From Candidatus Kapaibacterium sp. (GTDB taxonomy: Bacteria; Patescibacteriota; Patescibacteriia; UBA9934), in the NCBI GenBank assembly GCA_044350705.1, contig JBILHA010000002.1, forward strand, positions 114,295 through 178,294: a stretch of 64,000 nt of DNA, given 5' to 3'. Made by a program: the position numbers and the translations under genes. Position 1 is the first letter of the stretch; every line of letters begins with the position of its first letter. The notes beneath the pieces are model-generated. The model saw only the letters and a program-made list of their open reading frames with translations, had not been told where the DNA came from and ran no database searches. Positions 60,425 to 64,000 of this stretch are shown here, piece by piece.

Positions 60425-61720
60425 ATGTTTTCTTGCTCAACGTGCGGAGCTCAATATCCTAAGTGGACTGGCAGGTGCTCTTCCTGTGGGGCGTGGGGGA
60501 CCATTGCAGAAGAAGCAGTGGGCGCCTTTCCCACCACACCTACAAAAGGTAAAAAGGCGTCCTCTCCAAAGCCTGCCCCCCTCCTTTCTCTTTCCGAAAC
60601 CAATAGCGCCAACACGAAGCGCATTCCTTCTGGCATTACCGAGGTAGATCGCGTTCTTGGCGGAGGCATTGTTTCGGGTGCCGTTACGCTTCTTGCAGGT
60701 GAACCTGGCATCGGAAAATCAACGCTCGTTGCGCAACTTGCCGGCGGTATGGCTCCTACGGGAAAAACCGTCTATTACGCATCGGGCGAAGAATCTGAAG
60801 GTCAAGTACATCTCCGCTGTACTCGTCTTGGCATTTCTCTTGAGGGGATCTCTTTCTCGAACACGGTAGATATCGGGAGCATCCTTGCTACTGCAGAAAA
60901 ACTGAAACCCTCTTTACTCATCGTGGATTCCATTCAGACCATGTATGTTGCGGAAGCAGAGGCTTTCCCTGGCACCCCTACTGCAGTACGTGCTGCAACG
61001 GCTCTTTTGGTGAGCTTTGCAAAGACCTCCGGAACTCCTGTTCTCATTATCGGACAGGTTACTAAAGAAGGAAGTGTTGCAGGACCAAAAACCCTTGAAC
61101 ACTTGGTTGACACCGTTCTTACCCTTGAAGGCGATCCTGACAATCCTTATCGCACCCTTCGCGTTGCAAAGCATCGTTTTGGCAGTACGGAAGAGGTTGG
61201 ACTTTTTGAGATGACTGAGAAAGGATTGGTTGCCGTAGAAAATCCAAGCGCTCGTTTTCTCGCAGAACGACTTCCCTCTCCCGGATCTGTCGTCTGTGCA
61301 GTGATGGACGGAAATCGGCCATTCCTTTTAGAGGTGCAGGCGCTTGTAGAGAAAAGCTACTTCCCTAACCCTGTCCGCCGCACCTCTGGTTACGACCTCG
61401 GACGTCTCCAAATGCTTTTAGCCATCATCAGCAAGCGTGCAGGCGTTCGTTTACATGATCAGGATGTGTACGTAAACATTGTGGGCGGCGTGCGCGTTGG
61501 CGAAAACGCCGCAGATCTTGCGGTCGCCGCCGCGGTTATTTCTGCAGCTAAAAATAGCACCGTTCCCGATACTGCAGTGTACTTTGGAGAAGTAGGACTC
61601 GGAGGTGAAATCCGCTCTGTTCCTTTTACCGAACGTCGGAGCAAAGAAGCGGAGCGCCATGGATTTACCTCCGTGATTTCTCCAAAATCCATGAAGCATA
61701 TTCGCGAGCTTTTTTCATAA
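60425..61720 (+). CDS. radA: DNA repair protein RadA/Sms
   Basis: N-terminal C4 zinc finger (CSTCGAQYPKWTGRCSSCGAWG), Walker A GEPGIGKST, KNRFG motif (KHRFGST) and a Lon-like C-terminal domain. Confidence 0.9.
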   Translation: MFSCSTCGAQYPKWTGRCSSCGAWGTIAEEAVGAFPTTPTKGKKASSPKPAPLLSLSETNSANTKRIPSGITEVDRVLGGGIVSGAVTLLAGEPGIGKSTLVAQLAGGMAPTGKTVYYASGEESEGQVHLRCTRLGISLEGISFSNTVDIGSILATAEKLKPSLLIVDSIQTMYVAEAEAFPGTPTAVRAATALLVSFAKTSGTPVLIIGQVTKEGSVAGPKTLEHLVDTVLTLEGDPDNPYRTLRVAKHRFGSTEEVGLFEMTEKGLVAVENPSARFLAERLPSPGSVVCAVMDGNRPFLLEVQALVEKSYFPNPVRRTSGYDLGRLQMLLAIISKRAGVRLHDQDVYVNIVGGVRVGENAADLAVAAAVISAAKNSTVPDTAVYFGEVGLGGEIRSVPFTERRSKEAERHGFTSVISPKSMKHIRELFS

Positions 61721-61724
61721 CCCC

Positions 61725-63020
61725 TTACTTTACCCAGCCACAATACGGAATATCCACCTTCTTGAGCTGCGTTTCCCCCGGCAGCCAGTTCTCTTTTTTT
61801 CTTCTCCAGGGAATATTCTTTTCAGAAATATACGCCTGTTTCTTTGAAGCTCGTAATGATGCCCCAAGGTGTAGGGTGTGCTTTCCAAATTTTTGATTTA
61901 CTTCATCAATGGCCTTAAATGCCTCTTTTTGCTTTTCAAGCGCTATATTCTCTTCTTCAAAAAGAGATGACTGCGCAGCAGGAGTACGGAGACCGTAGAG
62001 GTTAAAGAAAGTGGCGCGATAAAAATGCTCCTTTTTATACACCTTCCGAAATAAATGCTTTACTGCCGCAATAAACGCCTGAGGCTCTGCAGCGGCATGA
62101 GGAATTTCTATTTCTCTCGCACGATACGAAAAATCATCGCGCTTTACCCCAAAAACCGCATGACGTGATACGAGACCATAGCGCCTCAGCTGCAAACATG
62201 CATTCTCGATATTTTGACATAGGTGAGCAAGAAGCTCGCGCTCATTGTTGGTATTTGGCCAAAATGTTTTATGTCGACAAATGGAATGATGATCTGAGCG
62301 TGCTTCGCTGTGAATAGGAATCACCGCTCTTCCTTGCAGTTCTTGCCACAATTCTTGTCCGGGTTTTGCAAGATGGTCTTTTACCCATCCTTCTGGTGCC
62401 TGCACAAAATCGAGCGCGGTTTTCATTCCCGCTGCCGTGAGCTTTTGCTCGTGCGCCTTCCCAATTCCCCACACATCCCGCAAAGGAACCTGTGATAAAA
62501 AACATGTGATGTCTTTTTCTTCGAGCACCGTGCATCCATGAGGTTTTTTCCATTTTGACGCAATCTTTGCGAGTGTTTTTGTAGGCGCAAGGCCGATAGA
62601 CCCTGTTGCGCCCAGCATGACCTGAATGTCTCTTTGCAGGGCTTGCGCAATTTCTTCGTACGTCATTCCGAGCGCCGTATCCATTCCCGTAATATCTGCA
62701 AAACATTCATCTACTGAGTATTCTTCCACTTCTGCGGTGTAATTTCGAACAATATCAAAAATGCGCAACGAGAAAAGACCGATCGTTTCGTAGTCTGAGG
62801 GAAGAATGATTACTTGGGGAACATGCTTTTTGATTTCAAATATCGGCGTACATCTTTTTATGCCAAGCGCTTTCGCCTCATAGCTTACCGAGGTTGCGAC
62901 AGCGCGTTCAGATCCGGTAATCACCGGCTTTCCTTTGTACTTTACTTCTTGCTGCTGAGCTACAGATGCAAAGAATGCATCCATATCAATATGCAAAATG
63001 GCACGCTGGACATTACTCAT
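61725..63020 (-). CDS. Y-family DNA polymerase (DinB/UmuC-like)
   Basis: …ILHIDMDAFFASV… catalytic start, …SVDECFADITG…, a little-finger domain and a basic C-terminal tail. 431 aa. Confidence 0.85.
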   Translation of the reverse strand: MSNVQRAILHIDMDAFFASVAQQQEVKYKGKPVITGSERAVATSVSYEAKALGIKRCTPIFEIKKHVPQVIILPSDYETIGLFSLRIFDIVRNYTAEVEEYSVDECFADITGMDTALGMTYEEIAQALQRDIQVMLGATGSIGLAPTKTLAKIASKWKKPHGCTVLEEKDITCFLSQVPLRDVWGIGKAHEQKLTAAGMKTALDFVQAPEGWVKDHLAKPGQELWQELQGRAVIPIHSEARSDHHSICRHKTFWPNTNNERELLAHLCQNIENACLQLRRYGLVSRHAVFGVKRDDFSYRAREIEIPHAAAEPQAFIAAVKHLFRKVYKKEHFYRATFFNLYGLRTPAAQSSLFEEENIALEKQKEAFKAIDEVNQKFGKHTLHLGASLRASKKQAYISEKNIPWRRKKENWLPGETQLKKVDIPYCGWVK

Positions 63021-63378
63021 AGCATTTAATGCAACGCTTCACGACAGCGATAATTCTTAACTCTTTCTGAGGATACAGAGGGCTGATACCTTCGGTTGCT
63101 GCTTCGAGATACCACTTCCCTTCCCTATCTTTTCTTACCGTTCTCACCAGTTGTTCTCCATCCATTTCTGCGATCACGATGTCGCCCGTGGTCCATTTAT
63201 TCGTACACTCCACGAGCAACATATCGCCATGATGAATCCCTATCCATTCCATGGCATTTCCCTGCATGCGATACAGACGAGCCGCAGTCATATTTACCGT
63301 TAACAGTTGCGAAAGGGTGAGCATTTCCCCCGCTTCTTCATCTGCTTGATTTGCAAAACCGGTGACTTTTTTAGCCAT
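63013..63378 (-). CDS. UmuD'/LexA-C-terminal-like S24 peptidase-fold protein with the catalytic Ser replaced
   Basis: S24 architecture …MQGNAMEWIGIHHGDMLLVE…GDIVIAEMDGEQLVRTVRK…ISPLYPQKELRIIAVVKR…. The canonical GDSM reads GNAM, confirmed in the DNA as GGA AAT GCC ATG (reverse complement CATGGCATTTCC at ~63250). It overlaps the start of the Y-polymerase gene by 8 nt. Start could also be 63456. Confidence 0.6.
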   Translation of the reverse strand: MAKKVTGFANQADEEAGEMLTLSQLLTVNMTAARLYRMQGNAMEWIGIHHGDMLLVECTNKWTTGDIVIAEMDGEQLVRTVRKDREGKWYLEAATEGISPLYPQKELRIIAVVKRCIKCYE

Positions 63379-63543
63379 AGTTTTTTTCTCTTTTCTCATT
63401 GTATCCTTTACCGAACAAATTACGAACATCTCTGTGGAAAAGGCGAAAAGCACCAATAAAAAGAAGCGCTTTTGAGCGCTCTTTTTATTCTTTCAGAACA
63501 TGGGAAAGCAGGCGTCTCCAGGTGACCGCTTCTCCTATTATCC

Positions 63544-63954
63544 TTACTTTTTCGCTGTAGGACGTGGCAAGGCGTCTTTTTTATCTTTTCTTTTTATCAT
63601 GAAGTAGTACAAAATTGCTCCGAGAATGTTGAGGAATACGAGGAGCAGTATCCACATGGTTTTGTCCGTAAAATCACGCCGAATGCAGTCAATGAGCATC
63701 CATACCCAGAACACTCCCCCAAGTCCAAACACGATCAGAAAAACAATCCCGAGTGTTCCAAAAAGCTTTCCGAGGAATGTGGTGATATATTCTCCACTTG
63801 CCTTTTTGTGGAAGTCCGTTTCCGTGATGTACCAATCGCCCCCCTCCCCTTTCTCGAGTACAAAGTACGTGGAGAATCCGCTCGTATTCCAATTCGCAGC
63901 TTGCGCTGCAAAATCACACGTTACCTTTACCTCATTCTGCGAAATATCATTCAT
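63544..63954 (-). CDS. Hypothetical membrane protein with a C-terminal PLD-N-terminal-like (PLDc_N) motif
   Basis: …WMLIDCIRRDFTDKTMWILLLVFLNILGAILYYFMIKRK resembles the PLDc_N signature. A soluble N-terminal domain precedes the TM helices. Confidence 0.4.
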   Translation of the reverse strand: MNDISQNEVKVTCDFAAQAANWNTSGFSTYFVLEKGEGGDWYITETDFHKKASGEYITTFLGKLFGTLGIVFLIVFGLGGVFWVWMLIDCIRRDFTDKTMWILLLVFLNILGAILYYFMIKRKDKKDALPRPTAKK

Positions 63955-64000
63955 CGTTTCCGCCAGCGGTGTGCAGTCAAGCGCATACGCGATATCTTGC

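Overview
This window is a gene-dense bacterial chromosomal segment of about 50% GC with roughly 64 protein-coding genes. Most of them are housekeeping genes with clear family signatures (listed per gene under features). The short ThrRS that lacks the TGS domain, the DUF3048, LemA and four-helix-bundle genes, and the pilin-like surface proteins suggest a reduced-genome, Patescibacteria/CPR-like or Gram-positive-like organism. That is inference only. I found no rRNA or tRNA genes, no CRISPR array and no transposase or integrase. Several Rho-independent terminators are clear, many of them bidirectional between convergent genes. The regions that stand out are the following. (1) A compact deoxy-thymidylate island runs from about 24.1 to 29.0 kb. 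It combines thyA, folA and dut with a dCMP deaminase carrying an unknown N-terminal domain, an RfaE/TagD-type nucleotidyltransferase, a HIT protein and a second, divergent dUTPase/dCTP-deaminase-superfamily ORF. (2) A DsbA-like oxidoreductase sits immediately before a cysteine-rich secreted protein that carries a TrbC/VirB2-like two-helix membrane module and a VanY/M15 peptidase domain. The same pilin-like module is found in the partial surface-protein gene at the window start. (3) A UmuD'-like S24 protein in which the catalytic Ser is replaced (GNAM instead of GDSM) directly precedes a Y-family polymerase. (4) A 430-nt GC-rich island with nested hairpins lies between gyrB and secE and contains no gene. 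(5) An AT-rich cassette carries a four-helix-bundle protein and is flanked by inverted repeats. (6) A perfect 13-bp palindrome enclosing a tandem 9-nt direct repeat sits upstream of htpX and clpC. (7) Two acidic hypothetical proteins of 671 aa and 99 aa lie together. The ORF track missed the 5'-partial gene at 1..1312 on the minus strand because its stop lies off-window. All functional calls rest on motif recognition by eye, and no database searches were run.
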